From: Spirochaetia bacterium
GTDB lineage: Bacteria; Spirochaetota; Spirochaetia; SZUA-6; Bin103
Assembly (NCBI GenBank): GCA_965199955.1
Contig: CBDATQ010000001.1
Coordinates: forward strand, 1,120,001-1,184,000
Reading direction: 5' to 3'
Length of the DNA stretch: 64,000 nt
Position numbers and translations under genes: made by a program. Below, in pieces: positions 9,664 to 24,025 of this stretch. A model generated the notes under the pieces. The model was not told the origin of the DNA, made no database searches, and saw only the letters and a program-made list of their open reading frames with translations. Position 1 is the first letter of the stretch, and each line of letters begins with the position of its first letter.

Positions 9664-10092
9664 ATGGCTGGGAGCGGCCTGTGGCGCGGTGTCGAGCGGG
9701 CTGTCAATCAAGGGCTCCGGGGCTCGCGCGACGCCTTGGACCGCGCCCGATCGAAAGCGCGGGAGCTCGGCGAGCGGGGTGCTCTCAGGCTCGACCTGCT
9801 GCAGCTCGAACGGCAGCGATCGCGGCTGCTCGAGGAGTTGGGACAGCTCATCCATGACCGCCTGGGCACACAGGGCCAAGCCACGGTGTCGCACGGCACC
9901 CCCGGGGTCAAGGACCTGATGGCTCAGATCGACGACTTGGCCGAACGGTGTGCGGCGAAGCGGCACGCGCTGGAGCAGCTCGCGATCCAGGGCATGGCCG
10001 GCGAGCCGCTGGCCGGGGAGCCGGGAGCCGATGACGAGAAAGATGAAAAAAAGGCTCCGAAGCCCTTGACGGAGCCAAGCGACGATGTATAA
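9664..10092 (+). CDS. Hypothetical helical/coiled-coil protein
   Basis: Divergent from ahcY; amphipathic helical sequence; 3' end overlaps the rrn promoter. Confidence 0.6.
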   Translation: MAGSGLWRGVERAVNQGLRGSRDALDRARSKARELGERGALRLDLLQLERQRSRLLEELGQLIHDRLGTQGQATVSHGTPGVKDLMAQIDDLAERCAAKRHALEQLAIQGMAGEPLAGEPGADDEKDEKKAPKPLTEPSDDV

Positions 10093-10093
10093 A
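10038..10093 (+). promoter_or_regulatory. rRNA operon sigma70 promoter with upstream A-tract
   Basis: TTGACG (10066-10071)-N16-TATAAA (10088-10093) preceded by GAAAAAAAG. Confidence 0.75.
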
Positions 10094-10189
10094 TTCCTTT
10101 TCTACGGTGCGCGTCGGTAGACGGGCTTCCGTGATGCGGATCTGGCGCCCTTGGCCGTTCGCGAGTGGGATCCCGATCGGATCCCAGCG

Positions 10190-10201
10190 GTTCTTTGACA
10201 T
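10190..10201 (+). promoter_or_regulatory. boxA-like antitermination site (leader); second copy in spacer at about 12295-12304
   Basis: TCTTTGACAT occurs upstream of both 16S and 23S. Confidence 0.65.
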
Positions 10202-10276
10202 CATAGGGATGGGGAGAGTGGGGTCCTCAAATGTAGATTCGTAGGACGGATGCTTTCGGGCGGAAGTCCTACTCAT

Positions 10277-11833
<1,557 letters not shown>

Positions 11834-12045
11834 TTCAAGAGTTCAGCGTCGGTGGCGGCCTCGGTTGGTCGGCGCCGGCCAGCGGGCGATCGTCGCCTGC
11901 TCCGGGCCCCGCTCTTCCCCAATCCCATTCGTTGTCACAGAAGCGCTCGGGCTTGAGTCGAGACAGGAGAACAATGCGCGCTCGCAGCACCCGTTGACCG
12001 GGGCTAGACGGCGCTCCGCCGCGTCGATTGCCCGTGCGGATCGGC

Positions 12046-12119
12046 GGGGGTATAGCTCAGGTGGATAGAGCGATGGCTTTGCAAGCCATAGGTCTGGGGT
12101 TCGAGTCCCCATGCCTCCA
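12046..12119 (+). tRNA. tRNA-Ala(TGC), CCA not encoded
   Basis: Acceptor GGGGGTA/TGCCTCC with G3:U70; anticodon arm ATGGC-TTTGCAA-GCCAT; T arm GGTTCGAG. Confidence 0.97.
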
Positions 12120-12405
12120 CGGGTACGGATTCGACAGGTCGGATTCGGCCAGGGCCGACTCGACCGAGTCGGATTCGGAAGGGGGCCATGCCGGGTCGTT
12201 TCCCGTTCGAAGCGGACTCGATTCGGCCCGACGTACTGAAATTGAGACGATGACGGCGTTGAGCGGGGAACCGCTGACGCCTTGTGACGACGGGTCTTTG
12301 ACATCGGTGCGCAGGTTTATGCCCGCGCACCTCCGAAGCCGCAGCTGATCTGACGGGGTCTTTTTCAAGCGGCATCGGACACAGGGAAGGGGAGATGGGT
12401 GATAT

Positions 12406-15425
<3,020 letters not shown>

Positions 15426-15515
15426 ATATCACCTTTCTACCCTTCTCTGTGCGATGCCGTTCCGCTTCCCGAGGATTGGTGCGCGGTTTCAGGCCCACTG
15501 ATTTCGTACATGTGT

Positions 15516-15630
<115 letters not shown>

Positions 15631-15689
15631 TTTTTGTGCCCGCCCACCGGCGTAGCCCTGACCATTGGCCGGGGGAGGTGACGCGCCCC

Positions 15690-16490
15690 ATGGATTCCCG
15701 TGTAGTATGGCTGTGCTTGATCGATCTGGGCCCGTTGTACGGCGACGCGGATGTCGCGTTCGTGCTGCATGCGGTGGCGCCTGCGCACGCCGTGAGGGGC
15801 CGCCTCGGGGACGCGTTCCGTGAGGATCGGGAGATCCGGGACGGCATGCTGGTGTCCGACGCGCTCGCTGACGCGGTCATGCAGACCGAGGAACCGCTGC
15901 TCCGCGTCTCCCCCATGCTGTTCTTCTCGATGCAGGTCGCGCGGGTTCGGCGCGACCTGACGTCACATCGGTTCACGGTCGAGGCGTCAGGCGGACATAC
16001 GGCGGTGGTGTTCGATGCCGCGGCCGCGCTCGCGTTGCTGTGCAAACCGCACGTGTTCGACTACCTGGTATTTCTGCTCGTCTCATTCGTGCAGGTGCGC
16101 TCGGTTACGCTTGCGGTGGCCGACGACCGTGGGCGCCGGAGGATGCCGCGGTTCGACACGCTGGACCTGGACAGCATGATCCAGGCGGCGGCGCTGGCGG
16201 CGGAGCCGGGGCGGTTTTCAGCGTACCAGCGCGTCGCGGATCTGTGCCTGTTCACGATTGGTGTTTTCCCGGAGCGGATACGGGCGCAAGGTGGCCGCAG
16301 CGCCGCGTGGATCGAGCACGGGTCGCGCTTCTATCGCCTGGCATCCCGCCATCAGACCGCGCACGAGCTGCAGATGGAGAACGTCCTGGCGGAGCTCGGC
16401 ACCAACTTCAACTTGGCGGCGAAGCCGCTCAACGTGCTGTCCGACCGCTACCTGTGGCACGGCGCCCGGCGCATGCCGTTCGTGCCGTAG
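15690..16490 (+). CDS. Conserved hypothetical protein
   Basis: Long ORF with coding-like codon use and a globular-looking C-terminal block (ADLCLFTIGVFPE, G.RFYRLA); start uncertain. Confidence 0.7.
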   Translation: MDSRVVWLCLIDLGPLYGDADVAFVLHAVAPAHAVRGRLGDAFREDREIRDGMLVSDALADAVMQTEEPLLRVSPMLFFSMQVARVRRDLTSHRFTVEASGGHTAVVFDAAAALALLCKPHVFDYLVFLLVSFVQVRSVTLAVADDRGRRRMPRFDTLDLDSMIQAAALAAEPGRFSAYQRVADLCLFTIGVFPERIRAQGGRSAAWIEHGSRFYRLASRHQTAHELQMENVLAELGTNFNLAAKPLNVLSDRYLWHGARRMPFVP

Positions 16491-16499
16491 ATCGTCGCC

Positions 16500-17594
16500 A
16501 TGGCGCTGCTGCTCGCCTATCTGGCGTTCACGCTGGTCTTCTCGTTCCTCTGCTCGGTGCTGGAGGCGGTCATCCTGAGCGTGACACCCAGCTACGTGGC
16601 CGCCCTGAAGCGCGTGGGGCGGCGCACCGGACTGCTGCTGGATCGGCTCAAGGAGGACATAGACCGGCCGCTCGCCGCGATTCTCACCCTGAACACCGTC
16701 GCCAACACGGCGGGCGCAACGCTCGTGGGAAACCGGGCGGGTGCGGTCTTCGAGAATCTGTGGGTGGGACTCGTCACGGGGGGGTTGACGTTCTCGGTGC
16801 TCCTCTTCTCTGAGATCATCCCGAAGACGCTCGGCGCCACCTACTGGCGCGGCTTGGCAGCACCGGCGGCGTGGACGATACAGGGGCTGATCGTCGGCCT
16901 GTACCCGATGGTGGCGTTCGCCAACCGCATCGCCGCGCTGATAGCCCGCGGCCAGCCCGCCGCCCGCGTCAGCCGCAGCGAGATCCGCGCCATCGCCGAC
17001 CTTGGCCATACCGAGGGCGTCATCGCGGCGGACGAGTCGCGCATCATCGAGAGCGTGATACAGTCCGGAGCGCTTGCTGTCAGGGGCGCCATGACGCCGC
17101 GCACAGTGGTAGTGGCGCTCGACGAGTCGCTGACGCTCGCCGAGGTGGCGGAGGCCGATCTGCGGCACTCGCGGATACCGATCTACCGGGGCAGCGTCGA
17201 CTCGGTCACGGGGTACGTCCTGCGCTACGAATTGCTGCTGGCCGTCGCCCGTGGGGAGGGCCAGCGCACCGTGGAGTCGCTCCGCCGGGACATCCTGCCG
17301 CTTCCGGACACAACGTCGCTTCGCCACTCGTTCTCGCGGATGCTGAGCCGTCACGAGCACATCGCGCTGATCGTGGATCAGTACGGGGGGACAGCCGGGA
17401 TCGTCACCGTGGAAGATATCGTCGAGACACTGCTGGGACTGGAGATCGTCGACGAGACCGATCGCGCGACCGACATGCAGGAGCTGGCACGCCGACGGTG
17501 GGCCGGGCGTGTGCGGCGGCGCGGCCTTGCGGTCGAGGGGGGCGCGTCGACGGCCCCCGCGGATGAACCGACCTCCGACGACGGTGGGCGATGA
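16500..17594 (+). CDS. CNNM/DUF21 + CBS domain membrane protein (hemolysin family)
   Basis: SFLCSVLEA, ILTLNTVANT, SEIIPKT, MTPR, VDQYGGTAGIVTVEDIVE. Confidence 0.92.
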   Translation: MALLLAYLAFTLVFSFLCSVLEAVILSVTPSYVAALKRVGRRTGLLLDRLKEDIDRPLAAILTLNTVANTAGATLVGNRAGAVFENLWVGLVTGGLTFSVLLFSEIIPKTLGATYWRGLAAPAAWTIQGLIVGLYPMVAFANRIAALIARGQPAARVSRSEIRAIADLGHTEGVIAADESRIIESVIQSGALAVRGAMTPRTVVVALDESLTLAEVAEADLRHSRIPIYRGSVDSVTGYVLRYELLLAVARGEGQRTVESLRRDILPLPDTTSLRHSFSRMLSRHEHIALIVDQYGGTAGIVTVEDIVETLLGLEIVDETDRATDMQELARRRWAGRVRRRGLAVEGGASTAPADEPTSDDGGR

Positions 17595-17648
17595 GCGTGG
17601 CGATGCACCGGGAGAAACGGGCCGGCGGCAGGCATATGCGCCCGTCTT

Positions 17649-17665
17649 ACTTTGAATGGCAAAGA
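17649..17665. promoter_or_regulatory. Palindromic operator candidate CTTTG-N5-CAAAG
   Basis: ACTTTGAATGGCAAAGA in an AT-rich patch upstream of the operon encoding a wHTH regulator. Confidence 0.5.
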
Positions 17666-17704
17666 ACTTGATGCTGCCCCCAATCAGTGTCACATTGTGC
17701 CGTG

Positions 17705-18057
17705 ATGACCACGCCGATTGCGATGGAACAGCACGCGGCGGACGAGTTGCGCTTCATCCGAACGACGATTTCACGTTCGTGCCGCCGCTGGCCGTCGGCG
17801 CGCTGCTCACCGGAGCTCTCGCCGCGGCCGGCGCACACCTGCTGATGCCCGGCTCATGGCTCAGCCTGTACGGCATCGCCACCCTCACCGGAGGAGCATT
17901 CTCCGTGCGGAGCGTGTCGGTCATGGGGACCGGGTTTCTGCTGCTCGGCGCCACCGCCCTTCTTTACCCGGTGGCTGGTCCGGCGCTGATGGTGTGCGGC
18001 TTCGGCGTGCTGCACGTGGCGTTCGGCGTCCACATCGCCCATCGACATGGCGGCTGA
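17705..18057 (+). pseudogene. Membrane protein gene with internal deletion/frameshift
   Basis: N-terminus MTTPIAMEQHAADELRFIRTTI (ATG 17705) is in a different frame from the multi-TM C-terminus FVPPL...[18 protein letters not shown]; junction about 17770. Confidence 0.65.
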
Positions 18058-18523
18058 CCGCGCGTTCGCCGCTGACCGTGCCATGACCGCTCCCGCCGAC
18101 GCCCTCCGGTCGCGCGACCTGGCGCAGGGGCTGGCCGCCACCGCGAGGACATTTGATGCGGTGGTGCACGAGCGCACCCGGCTGGCAATCCTCAGCGCGC
18201 TGTCCGCCGCCCGCTCCATGAGCTTTCGGGAGTTGAAGTCGCTGCTCGGCGTCACCGACGGCAACCTCAGCGTGCATGCCCGCAAGCTGGAGGACGCCGG
18301 CTACATCGCGGTGCGCAAGGGGTTCCGCGGGCGTCAGCCCCGAACCACGTTCGCACTGACGCCAGAGGGTCGCCAGGCGCTCGAGGCGTACGTCAGGCAC
18401 ATGGAGGCACTGATCTCGGCGATCGGCCGGATCGGCCGTGGTCCTTCGGATGGTCCGGATGCCGGGGCTGGAGACGACCCGGCCCCGCACCCGCTCCCTG
18501 CCGGCGCAATGGGAAGGTCGTGA
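18047..18523 (+). CDS. Winged-helix transcriptional regulator (HTH_34/ArsR-MarR-like)
   Basis: [37 protein letters not shown]; start may be 18083. Confidence 0.9.
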   Translation: MAADRAFAADRAMTAPADALRSRDLAQGLAATARTFDAVVHERTRLAILSALSAARSMSFRELKSLLGVTDGNLSVHARKLEDAGYIAVRKGFRGRQPRTTFALTPEGRQALEAYVRHMEALISAIGRIGRGPSDGPDAGAGDDPAPHPLPAGAMGRS

Positions 18524-19377
18524 TGCCGGGCCGCCAGGACGGGACGGTGAATGGTCAACGGCATGCCAACGGGGCCGGGGGCGGCGGCCCCAGGCACGTG
18601 GGCATCATCATGGACGGCAATGGGCGCTGGGCGCAGGCCCGGTCCCTGTCCCGATATGACGGGTACCGGGCCGGTACCGACGCGGTGCGCGAGACGGTGG
18701 AGTCCGCTGCCGATCTCGGAGTCGATGTGCTGACCCTGTACGCGTTCTCGTCCGACAACTGGCGCCGTCCGTCCGCCGAGGTGCATCTCCTGTTGTCCCT
18801 GTTTCAGTGGTACCTGCAGCGCGAGACCAGCAACTGCGTCCGGCAGGGAGTACGTGTTTCGTTCATCGGCCGCCGCGATCGTTTCCCCATGGCGCTGCAA
18901 CGCGAGATCGAGCGTAGCGAGTCCGCGACACGCGACTGCGCTCGGTTGCTCCTGCGCATCGCGGCCGACTACTCGGCTCGCGATGCGATCCTGTCCGCCG
19001 CCGCGTTGCTCGCCGCCGGCGACACGCCGACACGGCCCGACTTTGCCCGCATGCTGACGGGCGGCGACGGCGCACTGGGCGAGGTCGACCTGATCGTACG
19101 GACCGGCGGCGAGCAGCGGCTGAGCGACTTTCTGCTCTGGGAGGCCGCTTATGCGGAGCTCGTCTTCACGCCTACGCTGTGGCCGGATTTCAAGCGGGCC
19201 GATCTGGCGGATGCCGTGGACGAATTTCGCAGGCGGGAGCGGCGTTTCGGCGGGGTCGTGCCGTGTCGGCATGCGCCTTCGGGTCGACGGAAGCGCGAGC
19301 AAGCGGTAGGCTGGCAGCCAGCAGAGCATCCGGGGAAAGAGATGGTCGCCGGCGCGAGCCAGCTCTCCCCAGAGTGA
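18520..19377 (+). CDS. uppS: cis-prenyltransferase (undecaprenyl/decaprenyl diphosphate synthase)
   Basis: [37 protein letters not shown]. Confidence 0.93.
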   Translation: MMPGRQDGTVNGQRHANGAGGGGPRHVGIIMDGNGRWAQARSLSRYDGYRAGTDAVRETVESAADLGVDVLTLYAFSSDNWRRPSAEVHLLLSLFQWYLQRETSNCVRQGVRVSFIGRRDRFPMALQREIERSESATRDCARLLLRIAADYSARDAILSAAALLAAGDTPTRPDFARMLTGGDGALGEVDLIVRTGGEQRLSDFLLWEAAYAELVFTPTLWPDFKRADLADAVDEFRRRERRFGGVVPCRHAPSGRRKREQAVGWQPAEHPGKEMVAGASQLSPE

Positions 19378-19385
19378 GGTAATCC

Positions 19386-19805
19386 ATGCCATACGACCCC
19401 GTGTTGGTGCAGCCCATGCGTGACGAGCTCGCGCGCATCGGCGTCACCGAGCTGATCGTTCCCGAAGACGTTGACCGGTTCATGGAGACCACGGACGGAA
19501 CCGCGTTCCTGGTGGTGAACTCGGTGTGCGGATGCGCCGCGGGCAGTGCCCGGCCGGCGGTGGCATTGGCGCTGCAGCAGGACCCCAAGCCGCAGCGTGT
19601 CGGGACCGTGTTCGCAGGACAGGATCTGGACGCGACCGAGCGGGCGCGCAGCTACTTTGCCGACTATCCGCCTTCAAGCCCTTCGTTCGCGCTGTTCCGC
19701 GACGGCGAGCTGGTGCACCTGTTCCCCCGGCATCGCATCGAAGGGCGCGACCCGCGGTCCATTGCCGCCGACCTGAGAGAGGTGTTCGACTGTCATTGCG
19801 ACTGA
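19386..19805 (+). CDS. BrxA/BrxB family bacilliredoxin
   Basis: [17 protein letters not shown] motif, [24 protein letters not shown]. Confidence 0.9.
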   Translation: MPYDPVLVQPMRDELARIGVTELIVPEDVDRFMETTDGTAFLVVNSVCGCAAGSARPAVALALQQDPKPQRVGTVFAGQDLDATERARSYFADYPPSSPSFALFRDGELVHLFPRHRIEGRDPRSIAADLREVFDCHCD

Positions 19806-19819
19806 GCTGGTCGAATGCC

Positions 19820-20143
19820 ATGTCGGATGGAGGAGATCCCGGGGTGGGTGAGCGGCAATCGTTCGCGGCGCTCGGGCACCGGCACCTCGGCGAGTTGCAT
19901 GGGATCACGGTCGTGGTCGATACCGACGGGCCGGTGTACGTCGGCCGCTTCTTCGAGGAACGTGATGGCTCCCTGCTGCTGCTGGACGCCGCATCGCACG
20001 AGGAAGGCGCCGGCGGTGTCACGAAAGCGGCCTACCTTGCCAGAGCGGCCGAGTACGGCGTCTGGAAGCAGTATCCCAGCGTATCCGTGCCGCGATCCAG
20101 CGTGACTGCGATATGTCCCCTGGCCGACATCGGCACGCCGTGA
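19820..20143 (+). CDS. Small beta-rich hypothetical protein (possibly Sm-like)
   Basis: [18 protein letters not shown] pattern; directly follows brx. Confidence 0.65.
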   Translation: MSDGGDPGVGERQSFAALGHRHLGELHGITVVVDTDGPVYVGRFFEERDGSLLLLDAASHEEGAGGVTKAAYLARAAEYGVWKQYPSVSVPRSSVTAICPLADIGTP

Positions 20144-20210
20144 CCGGCGCCCGAACCCGCGCCAGCGCTTGAACCGATCCGCGGCTGGCCCTACCTTGGT
20201 ATAGGGTCTC

Positions 20211-20837
20211 ATGGGTTCGAATGCTGGCCGGCAGCCCGCCCTCCTCGCGGTCACGCTGACGGCGTTGCTGTCGCTTGCGGGCTGTGATCGAGAGGTCGAG
20301 GTCCGCACCTACCGAGAAGTGACCGTAGCGCCGACGCCGGTCGGTGCGCTGTTCGACTCGACCGGCGGCGAGACCGGCTCGGGTAACGGAAGCGAGAGCT
20401 GGCGGTGGGTCGCTCCGACCGGCTGGAACGAACTGCCGGGAGACGGGCTTCGCTTGGCCCGGTTCGGGCTGCCGGGAGGCGGGGAGGGTAACGTGGTGGT
20501 GCTGGCAGGCGACGCCGGCGGCGTGGAAGCCAACGTGCGCCGCTGGCTCACGCAGCTCGGGCTGGACCTGCCGCACGAACGGGTGCGGGCACTCCTCGGC
20601 GATGCGGTGTCCGTTCGGGGTGATCTCGACTTCACCGTGTTCGACTTCACGTCGCTGGTCGCCGGCCGCGACAACACGGCATTTCTGACGGCGATCGCCT
20701 CGGTGGGCGGGCAAACCATGTTCGTCAAGGCCGAGGCGCCGGCCGGAGTCCTGATCGAGCAGCGCTCCTCCTTCGTGGACCTCCTGAACTCGCTCGGTCC
20801 TCGTTCGTCCGGTAGCGGATACGGCGACCAGGGATAG
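20211..20837 (+). CDS. Predicted lipoprotein associated with cytochrome c biogenesis cluster
   Basis: Lipobox LSLAGC; P.GW, ANVRRW..QLGL and FVK motifs. Confidence 0.75.
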   Translation: MGSNAGRQPALLAVTLTALLSLAGCDREVEVRTYREVTVAPTPVGALFDSTGGETGSGNGSESWRWVAPTGWNELPGDGLRLARFGLPGGGEGNVVVLAGDAGGVEANVRRWLTQLGLDLPHERVRALLGDAVSVRGDLDFTVFDFTSLVAGRDNTAFLTAIASVGGQTMFVKAEAPAGVLIEQRSSFVDLLNSLGPRSSGSGYGDQG

Positions 20838-20843
20838 GGACCG

Positions 20844-21989
20844 ATGTGGGTTCAGGCGATGAGGCGCAGCCCGCTGGTGCGGATCGCGATCGACCTGCGC
20901 GTTACGGTGATCTGCTTGGCGTTGCTGTTTCTGCTGACGCTGCTGGGCACGTTCCATCAGGTGTCGCACGGTCTGTACGACGCCCAGCAGCGCTACTTCG
21001 GAGCCTGGATCACGTTGGTCGGGGGCATCGTGCCGCTGCCCGGCGCGCAGCTCGTGCTGTGGGTTCTGTTCGTCAACCTGGTGGCGGTGACCGCCGTCCG
21101 ATTCGTGTACCGGTGGTCGCGGGTGGGAATCCTGATCATTCACCTCGGCATGTTCGTGATGTTCTTCGGCATGTTCTTCGTGTCCTACTTCGCGCAGGAG
21201 TCGTTCCTGCGGCTGCAGGAGGGGGAGTGGCGCAACACCAGCGAGGACTATCACGAGTGGGAGGTGGCGGCCTGGCGTGAAGGGACCGATGCGCGCGACG
21301 TCAGCGCGGTCGACCTCGGGCGGCTGGCTCCCGGCGATCGGGTCGCCCTGCCGGAACTGAGCCTGACCATACTGGTGGAGGAGAACCACGCGAGCGCGGA
21401 CGCCTACCTGGCGCCGGAAGGCCAGAGCAGCCCGTTCGTGAACGCCCGCGGCATCGCCGACCTCAGGCCACGCCGCCGTTCGGTTCGCCCGGAGGAGAAC
21501 CAGCCGGGCGTGATCCTGCAGGTCTCGAGCCGCTCGGAAGGCGCTGCGGTGGCGCTGTGGGCGCTGGACCCGACGCCGACCAGCGTGACGCTGGATGGCC
21601 AACGGTACGGCTTCTCCCTGCGCCGAACGCGCTACGTGCTGCCGGCGCTCATAGGGCTGGAGGACTTCCGCGCCGAGTTCCATCCGGGCACCGACACGCC
21701 CCGGTCGTTCGAGAGCGACGTGGTCCTCGAAGCGCCCGGCACACGGCGGCCGGTGCGCATCTCGATGAACAAGCCGCTACGGGTCAGCGGATTCACCTTC
21801 TATCAGGCTTCTTACGAGTTCGACGCCACCGGCGCTGCCTACTCGACCCTGGCGGTGGTTCGCAACCGCGGCCGCCTGGTGCCGTACGTGGCCACCGCGG
21901 TCATCGGCCTGGGGCTGATCGTGCACTTCGTGCAGACCCTCGTCCGTCCCGGACGCCGGCGGCCCTCCGCCGTCGAGGAGGCTTCATGA
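20844..21989 (+). CDS. ResB/CcsB-like cytochrome c biogenesis protein
   Basis: LTLLGT TM, GILIIHLG, PRSFESDV, ISMNKPL, FYQASY, C-terminal TM. Confidence 0.88.
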   Translation: MWVQAMRRSPLVRIAIDLRVTVICLALLFLLTLLGTFHQVSHGLYDAQQRYFGAWITLVGGIVPLPGAQLVLWVLFVNLVAVTAVRFVYRWSRVGILIIHLGMFVMFFGMFFVSYFAQESFLRLQEGEWRNTSEDYHEWEVAAWREGTDARDVSAVDLGRLAPGDRVALPELSLTILVEENHASADAYLAPEGQSSPFVNARGIADLRPRRRSVRPEENQPGVILQVSSRSEGAAVALWALDPTPTSVTLDGQRYGFSLRRTRYVLPALIGLEDFRAEFHPGTDTPRSFESDVVLEAPGTRRPVRISMNKPLRVSGFTFYQASYEFDATGAAYSTLAVVRNRGRLVPYVATAVIGLGLIVHFVQTLVRPGRRRPSAVEEAS

Positions 21990-24025
21990 GCGCAGACGCG
22001 GCCCCGTTGATCGGGCCGAGCGCCGGCTTGGCCAAGCCGATGCGCATCGTCCTGTTCGTCCTGCTGGCGGTGCTGTGCCTGCTGGCGCTGTCGATGATCG
22101 GCCGCTTCGGCCGCGGCGACCGCTCCACCGGCTACGAGCCGCCAGCGCCCCGGATCGCCAGCGCCGCGGCGCTGCAGCCGCTGCTGATGATCGAGGACGG
22201 GCGCCGCAAGCCGCTGGACAGTTACGCGCGCAACACGCTGCTGCGCTACTCCGGCCGCGAGCGCTACGCCGGCCAGCCGGCGATCGACTGGCTGGCGCGG
22301 GTGCTGCTGTCACCGCAGGAGACCTACCGCGACGAGGTGTTCCTGATCGACCACCCGGAGGTGCTGGAGGCGATCGGCGTACCGTCTCGTGGACGGGGGC
22401 GCTACAGCTTCGAAGAGCTGCGCGCCGGGGCGATCGAGCTCGAGGAGTTGGCCGCGCTGGCGGCCGAGCTGGCGGCCGAGGAGCGCAGCCTCGTCCAGCG
22501 CGAGATCATCCGTGTCTGGAACAACCTGGTCGAATTCTCCGGCATGCTCGCCGCCTTCGGCTTCACCTACCCCGACACCGAGGCGTTCTTCGTCGACACG
22601 GACGGCGCGGCGGAAGCCCTGCAGCTACCGGGAACGGGGCCGTACAGTTATCTGGATCTCGCACTGCGTCGTCCCCTGCTGGAGGAGCACGCCGCCGCCG
22701 TGGTCGACCGGCACGGCCGCTCGGGCCAGCTCGATGCCACTGACCGGACGCTGCTGCGCCTGGCGCAGAACCTCCGCCTGTGGGATCAGAGCTACGGCTC
22801 CCTGCCGCTGCCGCTGATCCCGCTGCCGTCACCCGCAGGCGATCGGTGGCTGAGCCCCTGGGAGGCGCTGGCGCAACCGCAGATCGCGTCCCAGGCCGCC
22901 GAGGAGTTGACCGCGCTCCGCGACCTGCAGGTGGCGTATGTCGAGGGCCGGCAGGCGCGGTTCGATCTGGCCGCGCAAACGTTCGTCCTTGCCCAGGATC
23001 GGCGGCTGGGAAGCGCCCTGCCGCTGCCCGACCCGTTCCTGGAGCTGTTCTACCGCCGCTTCGATCCGCTCTTCCATGCCCGCTGGGTCTACCTGCTGGG
23101 CACGGCGCTGGCGCTCCTGGCCATGCTGGTCAGCCGCCCGTGGCCGGAGCGGGCGAGCGTCGTCGCCCTGGCGCTGGGCCTTACCATCCATACCGCCGGC
23201 ATCCTGCTGCGGATGATCATCAGCGGCCGGCCGCCGGTCACCAACTTGTACGAGACGTTCGTGTTCGTCTCCTGGTGCGCGGCCGCCGCCGGCGTGTTCC
23301 TGCGCTACCGGGGCAATCGCCTGGGGGCCGTCAGCGGGCTGGTGATCGGCTTTCTGCTGCTGTGGGTCTCCGGCAAGTTCGCCGCCGAGGGTGACACCCT
23401 GCGCGAGCTGCAGGCGGTGCTCGACACCAACTTCTGGCTCTCCACTCACGTTGTCGTAATCACCTCCGGGTACTGTGCCTGTGTCTTCGCCGGCTTCGTC
23501 GGCCACGTCTACCTGTTCCAGTACGTCGAGAACCGCGGCGGCGGTCCACGCCTGCGCCAGACCTACCGGATGCTGGTCGGTTCTCTGGCGTTCGGACTGA
23601 CCCTGTCGTTCGCAGGCACCATGCTCGGCGGCATCTGGGCCGACCAGTCGTGGGGGCGCTTCTGGGGATGGGATCCCAAGGAGAACGGCGCGCTGATGAT
23701 CGTGCTGTGGTGCGCCATCCTGTTCCACGCGCGGCTGGGCAAGATGATCGGCGAGTATGGCATGGCGGCAGGGTCCGTGATCGGCATCATGGTGGTGATG
23801 CTTGCCTGGTTCGGGATCAACGAGCTCGGCGTCGGGCTGCACTCCTACGGCTTCACCGAGGGGGTGCTGCCAGGCCTGCTTATCTACGGCGCGATCGAGG
23901 TGGTATTCCTGACAGCGGTCGCGTTGCTGGTGCGCCGTCGCGTTGTCCGTCCGTCCGGCGCAGCGGCGCAAAGGCCGAGGACGGCGGCGCGGACGCCGAG
24001 GACGCCCACGGTCCAGCGGGGATGA
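21986..24025 (+). CDS. ccsA: Cytochrome c biogenesis protein CcsA (system II) with large N-terminal soluble domain
   Basis: PPVTNLYE, WLSTHV, GGIWADQSWGRFWGWDPKEN, GLHSYG; ATGA overlap. Confidence 0.93.
   Translation: MSADAAPLIGPSAGLAKPMRIVLFVLLAVLCLLALSMIGRFGRGDRSTGYEPPAPRIASAAALQPLLMIEDGRRKPLDSYARNTLLRYSGRERYAGQPAIDWLARVLLSPQETYRDEVFLIDHPEVLEAIGVPSRGRGRYSFEELRAGAIELEELAALAAELAAEERSLVQREIIRVWNNLVEFSGMLAAFGFTYPDTEAFFVDTDGAAEALQLPGTGPYSYLDLALRRPLLEEHAAAVVDRHGRSGQLDATDRTLLRLAQNLRLWDQSYGSLPLPLIPLPSPAGDRWLSPWEALAQPQIASQAAEELTALRDLQVAYVEGRQARFDLAAQTFVLAQDRRLGSALPLPDPFLELFYRRFDPLFHARWVYLLGTALALLAMLVSRPWPERASVVALALGLTIHTAGILLRMIISGRPPVTNLYETFVFVSWCAAAAGVFLRYRGNRLGAVSGLVIGFLLLWVSGKFAAEGDTLRELQAVLDTNFWLSTHVVVITSGYCACVFAGFVGHVYLFQYVENRGGGPRLRQTYRMLVGSLAFGLTLSFAGTMLGGIWADQSWGRFWGWDPKENGALMIVLWCAILFHARLGKMIGEYGMAAGSVIGIMVVMLAWFGINELGVGLHSYGFTEGVLPGLLIYGAIEVVFLTAVALLVRRRVVRPSGAAAQRPRTAARTPRTPTVQRG

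Noticed and set aside
12121..12140. TACGGATTCGACAGG resembles a tmRNA 5' end
   Set aside because: No matching acceptor-stem 3' end or convincing tag frame in the remaining spacer, and the adjacent T arm belongs to an intact tRNA-Ala; better explained by the local repeat tract
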